Assembly (NCBI GenBank): GCA_963822445.1
Contig: CAWGHO010000001.1
Location: 288,001 to 352,000 of the forward strand
From: an uncultured Acidobacteriota bacterium
GTDB taxonomy: Bacteria > Acidobacteriota > Thermoanaerobaculia > Gp7-AA8
Length of the DNA: 64,000 bases
Direction of reading: 5' to 3'
The position numbers and the translations under genes were made by a program. A model generated the notes under the pieces. The model made no database searches. It was not told the DNA's origin and saw only the letters and a program-made list of their open reading frames with translations. This document shows, piece after piece, positions 1-8,344 of the stretch (the first letter of the stretch is position 1; each line of letters starts with the position of its first letter).

Positions 1-2
1 GC

Positions 3-584
3 GGAAAGGGAATCGATTTCTTCGAGAATTCGCGGCGGGCCACACTGTCGCAGCGCGCGTACGCGATCGCCAATCCCAATCGCTGGAAAGACTACGGGGA
101 GAACGTCTGGGGACTGACGGCGTGCGATGGGCCGGGCGGTGGAAAAGCGGTGGTGGACGGGACGGAGCGGCAGTTCTTCGCATATGCCGCGCGGGCCGCG
201 GCCGCGAAGGAGATCCGCGACGACGGAACGATCGCGCCGACGGCGGCCCTGGCCTCGATTCCTTTCGCGCCCGAAGTCGTGATTCCGGCGATGACCGAGA
301 TGCAACGGCGCTACGGGGCGCGGCTCTATCAGCAGTACGGATTCGTCGATGCGTTCAACCCCAGCCTCACGACCAACCCCGGCTTCATTCGCAAGGGCAC
401 GGTCGATCCGCAACTGGGCTGGTTCGACGTCGACTACCTCGGCATCGATCAGGGTCCCATCGTGCTCATGATCGAGAACTACAGAACGAACTTCGTCTGG
501 AACGTGATGAAGAAGAATCCGCACGTCGTGCGCGGACTGCGCAAAGCCGGCTTCAGCGGAGGTTGGCTGGAGAAGGCTCCATGA
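3..584 (+). CDS. GH144/glucoamylase-like (DUF3131) endo-beta-1,2-glucanase family protein, 5' truncated by window edge
   Basis: Frame open from nt 3: ENSRRATLSQRAYAIANP..WGLTACDGP..DDGTIAPTAA..YGFVDAFN..YLGIDQGPIVLMIENYR, typical of the GH144 C-terminus; ATGA overlap with next gene. Confidence 0.85.
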   Translation, partial: GKGIDFFENSRRATLSQRAYAIANPNRWKDYGENVWGLTACDGPGGGKAVVDGTERQFFAYAARAAAAKEIRDDGTIAPTAALASIPFAPEVVIPAMTEMQRRYGARLYQQYGFVDAFNPSLTTNPGFIRKGTVDPQLGWFDVDYLGIDQGPIVLMIENYRTNFVWNVMKKNPHVVRGLRKAGFSGGWLEKAP

Positions 585-3500
585 GGTTGTTGCTGGCCGC
601 GCTGCTCGTCGTTGCGGCGACCGCGGGCGCCCAACCGCGTGTGCTCGACGACTTCGCGTCCGTCGACGAATGGCAGGCCCACCCTTCGTCCGAGACCGTC
701 AAGCTCACGATCGCTTCCGATCAGGGCCGGACCGGCAAGGCCATGCGTCTCGATTTCGACTTCGGCGCCGGTGGCGGATACGCGATCGCGCGTCTGCCGG
801 TAGCTCTCGATCTTCCCGAGAACTACGAATTCTCCTTCCTCCTGCGCGCGAAGGCACCGGTGAACACGCTGGAGTTCAAGCTGCTCGATCCTGCCGCGGA
901 GAACGTCTGGTGGAGCGTGCGGCGGCGCCTGCGCTTCCCGGAAGAGTGGACGCGCATCCGCATCAAGAAGCGCAACCTGAAGTTCGCCTGGGGACCTCAG
1001 GGCGGCGGCGAGATCAAGCGGACCTCGGCCCTGGAGATCGTGGTGGTGGCGGTCGACGGCGGGAAGGGATCGGTCTGGATCGACGACCTCACCTTCACCC
1101 CTCTTCCGCCGGAGCGCCCTTACGACCGGATGCCTTCGATCAAGTCGAGCAAACAGCGGTACGACATCGACTTTCTCCAGCGCCGTGAATTCGGCGGCTT
1201 GATCGTTCACTGGAAGGAAGATTTCGCACGCGACTACGACGTGCTCACTTCCGTCGACGGGAAGGAGTGGGACACCGTGTGGCGCGTTCGCGGCGGTGAC
1301 GGCGGCCGCGACTACGTTCCCATTCGCGAGGGTGAGGCTCGCTACGTGCGCGTGGCCATGAACCAGGGCGGTTCCGTTGCAAAAGTGGATGTGCAGCCGC
1401 CCGGCTTTTCCGAATCGAAGAACGCGATCTTCGCGTTGATTGCCGACGACTGGCCGCGCGGAATCTATCCGCGGTATCTGCTGGGCGAGCAGTCCTATTG
1501 GACGATCGTCGGCGCGCCGGCCGACGCCGGGGAGGCCCTGATCGGACAGGACGGTGCGATCGACATCGATCCCCTTCGCTTTTCCATCGAGCCGTTTCTC
1601 TCGATGGGAAGCGACCGCTTTCTCACCTGGGCGAATACGAAATCGACCACGCAGTCGCTCGCTGACGGCGATCTGCCCATCCCCAGCGTGATCCGGGACT
1701 ACGGCGACCTCCGGCTGACCACGACCCTGTTCGCGCGCGGGGAGGCGGGGCACTCCGTGCTCTGGTCTCGCTATCGCGTCGACAATCTCGCGCCCGACCA
1801 GCGTGAGATCACGCTTCATCTCGCCATCCGTCCGTTGCAGGTCAATCCGTCGTGGCAGTTCCTGGCTGTCGAAGGCGGGTCGGCCGAGGTGCTTTCCATC
1901 GCTCGGGAGGATGACGAGATCGTCGTCAATGGCATGACCAGCATCGTTCCTCTGACGAAGCTCGAGCGGTTCGGCGCGGCGCGATTCGATCAGGGGGACG
2001 TGGTCGCCGGTCTGGCAGCAGGCCGGACACCCGCGACACAGTCAGCCTCCGATCCGTTCGGCTCCGCCTCGGGGGTGATGTCGTGGCGGATGACGCTGCC
2101 GCCCGGACAGTCGCGGGACGTCGTCATCACCATTCCCTTTCACGAGCGCCCTGCCAATCTGCCAGCGGCGCTGCCGATGGATGAAGCGGCGCGGATCGCG
2201 GACGCGGAACTGGCCGTGGCGCGCACCGAGTGGCAGAACCGGCTCGGACGTGTGGCCTTTCATCTCCCGGAAGCCGCGGCCCATGTGAGCCGCGCCATCC
2301 GAAGCAACCTCGCCTACATCCTCATCAACGCCGACGGAGCGTCCATCCAACCGGGCTCGCGCTCGTACGACCGCTCCTGGATCCGCGACGGCTCGCTGAC
2401 TTCCGCGGCGCTGCTGCGGCTCGCCCACCCGGAGGAGGTCAGGCGATTCATCGAGTGGTATGCGCAGCATCAGCGGCCGGACGGCTACGTCCCCTGTTGT
2501 GCCGGTGTCCGCGGCGGCGACCCCGTTCCCGAGCACGACAGCCACGGACAGTTCATCTACCTGATCAAGGAGTACTACGACTTCACCCGCGACCGGGCGT
2601 TCCTCGAGCGGATGTGGCCGGCCGTGCAGAAGGCGGTGCAGTACATCGACTCCCTGCGCCGCCAGCGCATGACCGCCGAGTATCAGACACCGGAGAAACG
2701 CGCCTTCTACGGACTGGTCCCCGAGTCGATCAGCCACGAGGGCTATTCGGCGAAGCCGATGCATTCGTACTGGGACGATTTCTTCGTGCTGAAGGGTCTC
2801 GACGACGCCGTGGACATCGCCGCCATCCTCGGCAAACGCGAGGAGGAAGCGCAGACCGCGAAGAGTCGCGATGAGTTTCAGCGCGATCTCTACGCCTCGC
2901 TCGACAGGGCCATGGCCATGCACGGCATCGACTACATCCCCGGCTCGGTCGAGCTTGGCGACTTCGATGCGACGTCGACCACGACCATGGTGAATCCTGG
3001 CGGACAGACGAAAAAGCTGCCGCAAAAAGCGCTGCAACGAACCTTCGACAAGTACTGGGAGAACTTCCTCGCCCGCAAGAACGGAACGAAAGATTGGGTC
3101 GACTACACGCCGTACGAGTGGCGCGTCGTGGGGACGTTCGTCCGCATGAATCAGCCCGAGCGCGCGCAGCAGGCCCTGGAGTGGTTCTTCACCCATTCCC
3201 GCCCGGCGGCGTGGAATCACTGGGCGGAGGTGGTCTTTCGAGATCCTGCCACGCCGAAATTCATCGGCGACATGCCCCACACCTGGGTCGGGTCGGACTT
3301 CATCCGCTCGGTGATCGACATGTTCGCCTACGAGCGCGACGAAGACGACGCGCTGGTTCTCGGCGCCGCGATTCCACGGAAATGGATCGACGCACCCGGC
3401 GGCGTGGGCGTGGAGATGCTGCGGACGCCGTATGGTCCGCTCACGTATTCGATGAAGAGAGAGGGAGAAGTGATCGTCGTTCACGTCGCCGCCGGATTGA

Positions 3501-3601
3501 CGATTCCCGATGGCGGCATCGTCGTCGTCTCGCCGCTCGACAGACGTGAGACCGTTTTGCGCAGACTGCCGGCCATGGTCGGCTTCCCGACTACGCCATG
3601 A
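581..3601 (+). CDS. Secreted discoidin (F5/8)-domain protein with C-terminal (alpha/alpha)6 glycoside hydrolase-like barrel
   Basis: ATG 581 gives signal peptide MRLLLAALLVVAATAGAQ; CBM/CIA30-like N-terminal region; YDRSWIRDG and HEGYSAKPMHSYWDDF motifs; translationally coupled on both sides. Confidence 0.8.
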   Translation: MRLLLAALLVVAATAGAQPRVLDDFASVDEWQAHPSSETVKLTIASDQGRTGKAMRLDFDFGAGGGYAIARLPVALDLPENYEFSFLLRAKAPVNTLEFKLLDPAAENVWWSVRRRLRFPEEWTRIRIKKRNLKFAWGPQGGGEIKRTSALEIVVVAVDGGKGSVWIDDLTFTPLPPERPYDRMPSIKSSKQRYDIDFLQRREFGGLIVHWKEDFARDYDVLTSVDGKEWDTVWRVRGGDGGRDYVPIREGEARYVRVAMNQGGSVAKVDVQPPGFSESKNAIFALIADDWPRGIYPRYLLGEQSYWTIVGAPADAGEALIGQDGAIDIDPLRFSIEPFLSMGSDRFLTWANTKSTTQSLADGDLPIPSVIRDYGDLRLTTTLFARGEAGHSVLWSRYRVDNLAPDQREITLHLAIRPLQVNPSWQFLAVEGGSAEVLSIAREDDEIVVNGMTSIVPLTKLERFGAARFDQGDVVAGLAAGRTPATQSASDPFGSASGVMSWRMTLPPGQSRDVVITIPFHERPANLPAALPMDEAARIADAELAVARTEWQNRLGRVAFHLPEAAAHVSRAIRSNLAYILINADGASIQPGSRSYDRSWIRDGSLTSAALLRLAHPEEVRRFIEWYAQHQRPDGYVPCCAGVRGGDPVPEHDSHGQFIYLIKEYYDFTRDRAFLERMWPAVQKAVQYIDSLRRQRMTAEYQTPEKRAFYGLVPESISHEGYSAKPMHSYWDDFFVLKGLDDAVDIAAILGKREEEAQTAKSRDEFQRDLYASLDRAMAMHGIDYIPGSVELGDFDATSTTTMVNPGGQTKKLPQKALQRTFDKYWENFLARKNGTKDWVDYTPYEWRVVGTFVRMNQPERAQQALEWFFTHSRPAAWNHWAEVVFRDPATPKFIGDMPHTWVGSDFIRSVIDMFAYERDEDDALVLGAAIPRKWIDAPGGVGVEMLRTPYGPLTYSMKREGEVIVVHVAAGLTIPDGGIVVVSPLDRRETVLRRLPAMVGFPTTP

Positions 3602-5943
3602 CTTCAAAGATTGACGCTGTTCGCGACCGCTACGGCCGCTTCTCCGACGATGGCCGCGAGTACATCGTCACCGACCCCAACCCGCCACGACCGTGGGCGA
3701 ACCTCATCGCCAACGAGCGCCTCGGCCTCGCGGTGAGCCACAGCGGCAGCGGTTTCACCTGGGTCGACAACTCCCAGCTCGCCGTCGTGAACTGGTGGCA
3801 GCAGGACTTTGCGCAGGACACGGCCGGAAAGTTCCTCTACGTCGTCGACGGCGAGTCGAAGGAGACCTGGTCGCTCTCCCCTGCGCCGACCTGGACGCCG
3901 CTCGATCTGTACGAGTGTCACCACGGCATCGGCTACTCGGAGTTCGTGACTTCCCGCAGCGGGATCGAGGCACGGTGGACGCTCTTCGCGCACGCCAGCG
4001 AGACCGTCGAGCTGTGGCTGGTCCGCCTGAGGAACACGACTGATGTCCCTCGCAGGCTGGAGCTCACCGGCTATCTGGAGTGGTGTTGCGGCGTCACTCC
4101 CGCACCCCGCCGCGAGTTTCACAAGCTGTTCATCGAGACCGCGTTCGACCCCGCGTTGCGCTCGGTCTTCGGCTGGAGCCGGATGTGGGACATCGGCTCG
4201 AAACGCTGGGGACACTGGAACACCGACTTCCCGTACGTCAGCGGCTTCGGTACGACGGAGTCCATCGCCGCGGCCGAGGGAGACAAGTCCGAGTTCCTCG
4301 GCCGCAACGGCACGTTGCGGGCGCCGGCGGCGCTGCAGCTCGACGAGTGGCGAGGGCTTTTCGGCGCGCACTTCGACCCGGTTGCGGCGATGCGGTCGGT
4401 GATCGAGCTCGCGCCGGGTGAGGAGAAGACGATCGGCTTCGCCATCGCCGTCGATTCTTCACGCGATGGAGCAGCCGATCTCCTCCGGCGCTGGCTCGAC
4501 GTCGAAGCGATCGAGAGCGCTTTCGCCGAGGCCAAGCAGGCGTGGATCGAGAGGCTCGGGGAACATCGCATCGAGACCGGGATTTCGAGGTTCGATACGT
4601 TCATCAACGACTGGACGCGGTACCAAGCCATCTCTGCCCGCATCTGGGGACGGGCCGGCTATTACCAGCAGAGCGGTGCGTACGGCTTCCGCGATCAGCT
4701 GCAGGACTCGCAAGTCTGGCTGACCATCGATCCCGCGCGATGCCGCAGGCAGATCAACCTGCACGCGGAGCATCAGTTCGCCGACGGCTCGGTGTACCAC
4801 TGGTGGCACCCGCTGTCGGAGCAGGGGCACATCACGAAGATGACCGATGACCTGCTCTGGATGTCGTTCGTGACGCCGAGCTACATCAGGGAAACGGGTG
4901 ATTTCTCCGTGCTCGCCGATCGCGCACCGTTTCTCGACGAGGCCGAGCCGGCGCCGCTGGAGGAGCACGTGCGCCGCGCGTTCGAGCGGGTGTTTCGGCG
5001 GACCAGCGATCGCGGCCTTCCGTACATCGGCGCCGGCGACTGGAACGACGGCCTGTCCGCGGCGGGCCTCGAGGAGAAAGGAGAGTCGATCTGGCTCGCG
5101 CACTTCCTCGCCGGATGTCTCGGCGACTGGGCGGAGATTCATCGCCGCAGCGGGCGGGCGGAGTTCGCCGCCGATTACGCGCAGCGGCGCGAGCGGCTGA
5201 TTGCGGCGATCAACGAGCATGGCTGGGACGGCGGCTGGTACTGGCGGGCCACGCTCGATGACGGCAGCCGCATCGGCAGCGCAGAGAATCGCGTCGGCCG
5301 GATTTACCTCAACGCGCAGACCTGGGCGATCCTCAACGACATCGCGCCCGCCGAGCGCGCCGCGGCCTGCATGCGCGCCGTGCGCGAGCATCTGGTCAGC
5401 GAGGCCGGCGCGTTATTGCTCGCGCCCGCGTACGACACGCCCGATGAGCGGATCGGCTACATCACCAGATACGCCGCGGGACTCCGCGAGAACGGCGGCG
5501 TCTACACCCACGCCGCGACCTGGGCCATCGCCGCGGCCGCAAAGGTGAAGGACGCCGATCTGGTCGAGCGCCTGCTCACGGCCATCGATCCGACGAACAA
5601 AGATCCCGAGCGCTACTGGGCCGAGCCGTACGTGCTTCCCGGCAACGTGGACGGTCCCGGCTCACCGCTCTACGGGCGCGCGGGCTGGACCTGGTACACC
5701 GGTTCCGCGGCGTGGCTGCATCGCATCGTTGCGGAATGGGTCCTCGGCGTGCGCCCGGATTGGGACGGCCTGCGCGTCGATCCCTGCCTGCCACCGTCCT
5801 GGCGCGGCGCGCGAATGAGGCGCCGCTGGCGCGGCGCAACCTACGACATCCGCATCGAGCGCGGCGGAGAAGCAACCGGACCGTTGCTGTTGCCTGTGCC
5901 GCGGGACGGCGAAAACCACGAGGTGGTGGTTCGGATCACGTAG
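3598..5943 (+). CDS. GH94 glycoside phosphorylase (cellobiose/laminaribiose/sophoro-oligosaccharide phosphorylase family)
   Basis: YGRFSDDGREY, GYYQQSGAYGFRDQLQD, GDWNDGL, ENGGVYTHAATW and WYTGSAAW motifs. Confidence 0.9.
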   Translation: MTSKIDAVRDRYGRFSDDGREYIVTDPNPPRPWANLIANERLGLAVSHSGSGFTWVDNSQLAVVNWWQQDFAQDTAGKFLYVVDGESKETWSLSPAPTWTPLDLYECHHGIGYSEFVTSRSGIEARWTLFAHASETVELWLVRLRNTTDVPRRLELTGYLEWCCGVTPAPRREFHKLFIETAFDPALRSVFGWSRMWDIGSKRWGHWNTDFPYVSGFGTTESIAAAEGDKSEFLGRNGTLRAPAALQLDEWRGLFGAHFDPVAAMRSVIELAPGEEKTIGFAIAVDSSRDGAADLLRRWLDVEAIESAFAEAKQAWIERLGEHRIETGISRFDTFINDWTRYQAISARIWGRAGYYQQSGAYGFRDQLQDSQVWLTIDPARCRRQINLHAEHQFADGSVYHWWHPLSEQGHITKMTDDLLWMSFVTPSYIRETGDFSVLADRAPFLDEAEPAPLEEHVRRAFERVFRRTSDRGLPYIGAGDWNDGLSAAGLEEKGESIWLAHFLAGCLGDWAEIHRRSGRAEFAADYAQRRERLIAAINEHGWDGGWYWRATLDDGSRIGSAENRVGRIYLNAQTWAILNDIAPAERAAACMRAVREHLVSEAGALLLAPAYDTPDERIGYITRYAAGLRENGGVYTHAATWAIAAAAKVKDADLVERLLTAIDPTNKDPERYWAEPYVLPGNVDGPGSPLYGRAGWTWYTGSAAWLHRIVAEWVLGVRPDWDGLRVDPCLPPSWRGARMRRRWRGATYDIRIERGGEATGPLLLPVPRDGENHEVVVRIT

Positions 5944-6040
5944 GGCGGCCGTCCCGGCCGCAATCCGCCGGGCGGGACGCCCGGCGGTCACAGCGCGGCG
6001 CGAAACGCGCCGCGCGAAGCGGGCGGGACGCCCGCCGTAC
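5940..6040. repeat. REP-like palindromic cluster between convergent genes
   Basis: GTAGGGCGGCCGTCCCGGCCGC and GCGGGCGGGACGCCCGCCGTAC form a 22 bp inverted repeat (3 mismatches) enclosing two further GC hairpins. Confidence 0.7.
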
Positions 6041-6042
6041 GC

Positions 6043-7188
6043 TTAAGGCTTCACCCAGCCCGCGAAGCCCATCTGGCCGTTCTCGATCTTAATCATCGCC
6101 ACCGGCTTCACCGGATTGCGATCCGCACCCATGGTGATCATCCCTGAGACGCCGTCGTACGCCTTCGTCGCCGCGATCTGGTCGCGGATGGCCGTGCGAT
6201 CGAGCGATCCCGCGCGCGTCGCGGCGGCGGCGAAGATCTTCAGCGCGTCGTAACCCAGAGCGGCATTCGCCTCGGGCTTCTTCTTGTGGCGCTGCTCGAT
6301 CTTCGACACGAACTGCTGCACGAGCGGCCGCGGATCGCCGACGAAGTAGTGATCGGAAAAGTACGAGCCGTCGATCGACTTCCCGCCGATCTCGATGACC
6401 GTCGGCGAGTCCCAGCCGTCGCCGCCGACCATGGGAACGGTGATGCCGAGGTCGCGGGCCTGGATGGCGATCTGTCCGACCTCCGTGTAGAAGCCGGGGA
6501 TGAACAGGACTTTCGGGTTACCGCGCTTGAGCGTGGTGAGCTGCGGCCGGAACTCTGTGTCACCGCCGGAGTAGCTCTGCGTGCCGGTGATGCGGCCGCC
6601 TAGGGCCTCGAATTCTTTCTGGAAGAACTGGCCGAGGCCGATCGAGTAGTCGTTCTTCTTGTCGATGAGGATCGCCGCGGTGTCGAGGTTCAGATTCGTT
6701 TTGACGAACGTCGCCAGGGCCTTGCCCTGGTAGGGATCGGTGAAGCAGACCCGGAAGATGTAATCGCCTTTCTCGGTGACCGCGGGGTTGGTCGATGACG
6801 GCGAGATCATGGGCACTTTCGAGCTCTGGCAGATCGGCGCTGCCGCGAGTGAATTGCTCGAAGAGTTTTCACCGATGATGGCGATGACGTTGTCGCTGGT
6901 GATGAGCTTCTCGACCACGTTCGCGGCCTGATCGGGCCGGCCCTGATCGTCTTCGATGACGAGCTTGATCTTCCGCCCCAGCACCCCTCCGGCAGCGTTG
7001 ATCTCCTCGGCCGCGAGCTTCACGCCCTGGACCGTGGCATTGCCGAACGAGGCCTGATCTCCGGTCAGCGCTGCATACACGCCGACTGGAATATCCCCTG
7101 TTGCGTCTGAGGTTTGGGCTTCGCGGTCGGGGCGGCAGGCCGTTGCCACCAGAGCGATGGCTAGCAATAACAATCGAGCGGTTTTCAC
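6043..7188 (-). CDS. Branched-chain amino acid ABC transporter substrate-binding lipoprotein (LivJ/LivK family)
   Basis: GTG 7188 start, lipobox VATAC, LAAEEINAAGGVLGRKI, STNPAVT, YIFRVCFTD, GYDA. Confidence 0.9.
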   Translation of the reverse strand: MKTARLLLLAIALVATACRPDREAQTSDATGDIPVGVYAALTGDQASFGNATVQGVKLAAEEINAAGGVLGRKIKLVIEDDQGRPDQAANVVEKLITSDNVIAIIGENSSSNSLAAAPICQSSKVPMISPSSTNPAVTEKGDYIFRVCFTDPYQGKALATFVKTNLNLDTAAILIDKKNDYSIGLGQFFQKEFEALGGRITGTQSYSGGDTEFRPQLTTLKRGNPKVLFIPGFYTEVGQIAIQARDLGITVPMVGGDGWDSPTVIEIGGKSIDGSYFSDHYFVGDPRPLVQQFVSKIEQRHKKKPEANAALGYDALKIFAAAATRAGSLDRTAIRDQIAATKAYDGVSGMITMGADRNPVKPVAMIKIENGQMGFAGWVKP

Positions 7189-7233
7189 GATCGCGAGTTT
7201 ACCCCGGCGCTCATCTGAAAGGATTGACCACAA

Positions 7234-7791
7234 ATGCAGGCCAACGACATCCGCAAAGGCATCGTGATCGTGTTCGACGGAGACCTGTGCAAGGTGATGG
7301 AGTTCCGCCATCACACTCCCGGAAACCTGCGAGCAATGGTTCAGGCCAAGCTGCGGAACCTCCGTACCGGCTCGCAGTTCGAGCACCGTTTCCGCTCGAA
7401 CGACGACATCGAGCAGGCGTTCATCACCCAGCACGAGATGGAGTACATGTACTCCGACGGTCACGCTCACCACTTCATGAACACGGAGAACTTCGAGCAG
7501 ATCGAGATCAGCGAAGACGACCTGGGTGACGCCGCGGTTTGGCTCGAGCCGGGCGTGAAGCTTCAGGTGCAGTTCCACGAGACCCGCCCGATCGGCGTGG
7601 AGCTTCCCAAGACGCTGAAGGTGCGCATCAAAGAGACCCAGCCGATGGTCAAGGGAGCGACGCAGTCGTCGTCGTACAAGCCGGCCGTCCTCGAGAATGG
7701 CGTGACCGTGCAGGTGCCGCCGTTCGTGACGGAAGGCGAAGAGATCATCGTCGACCCGAGCGACAACCGGTACCTGGAACGCGCGCGCTGA
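7234..7791 (+). CDS. efp: Elongation factor P
   Basis: 185 aa; KLRNLRTG, FMNTENFEQI, KPAVLENG, VQVPPFV, YLERA; tip loop reads HHTPGNLR. Confidence 0.95.
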   Translation: MQANDIRKGIVIVFDGDLCKVMEFRHHTPGNLRAMVQAKLRNLRTGSQFEHRFRSNDDIEQAFITQHEMEYMYSDGHAHHFMNTENFEQIEISEDDLGDAAVWLEPGVKLQVQFHETRPIGVELPKTLKVRIKETQPMVKGATQSSSYKPAVLENGVTVQVPPFVTEGEEIIVDPSDNRYLERAR

Positions 7792-7796
7792 CCTCG

Positions 7797-7858
7797 GTGT
7801 AGTGTGGGCGTCCGCGCCTACCCCCGCCCGGAAGTAGGCGAGGACGCCCACACTACAC
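7797..7858. repeat. REP-like hairpin, copy 1 (GTGTAGTGTGGGC family)
   Basis: 25 bp arms with 1 mismatch; related copy at 55017-55081. Confidence 0.8.
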
Positions 7859-7862
7859 GACG

Positions 7863-8300
7863 ATGCCCACCGTCAACTTCCTCTGCCTCAGATGCGAAAA
7901 ACGGCTTTCCCGTGAATCGGGCGAGCCGCCGCGCGTTTGCGAGCATTGCGGCGCGGACACATCGATCACCGCGCCTCCGGCCGGCGCGATCATCAGCCGC
8001 TGCGCGGCCTGCGATCACGATCAGCTCTACTTTCAGAAAGACTTCAATCGCACGACCGGTATCGCCCTGGTGGCCGTCGGCGCGGTCTTCGTCCCCTGGA
8101 CCTGGGGCCTCTCCCTCCTCGGCGTCACCATCCTCGACTACATCGTCTGGCGGCTGGTGAAGGACGTCATCGTCTGCTACGAGTGCCAGGCCGTGCACCG
8201 CGGCTACCCGCCCAATCCCGAGCTGAAACCGTTCGATCTGGTGATTCACGACCGGCACGTTTACGGCGCGGCGCCACCAGGGGCGGAAGAAGGGCATTAA
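7863..8300 (+). CDS. Zinc-ribbon membrane protein (hypothetical)
   Basis: Four CxxC pairs (CLRC, CEHC, CAAC, CYEC) flanking two hydrophobic helices. Confidence 0.75.
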   Translation: MPTVNFLCLRCEKRLSRESGEPPRVCEHCGADTSITAPPAGAIISRCAACDHDQLYFQKDFNRTTGIALVAVGAVFVPWTWGLSLLGVTILDYIVWRLVKDVIVCYECQAVHRGYPPNPELKPFDLVIHDRHVYGAAPPGAEEGH

Positions 8301-8344
8301 GGTTGTCTTGGCGGCCTTGGGCGTGGTCTGATCGCCCAGGTCCC

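Noticed and set aside
122-580. N-terminal extension of the 1159-aa ORF
   Set aside because: Overlaps the GH144-like gene in another frame; ATG 581 gives a clean signal peptide and a coupled start.
7189-7851. Apparent 602-aa extended form of the ABC substrate-binding protein
   Set aside because: The extension is the antisense shadow of efp; the lipoprotein signal begins at 7188.
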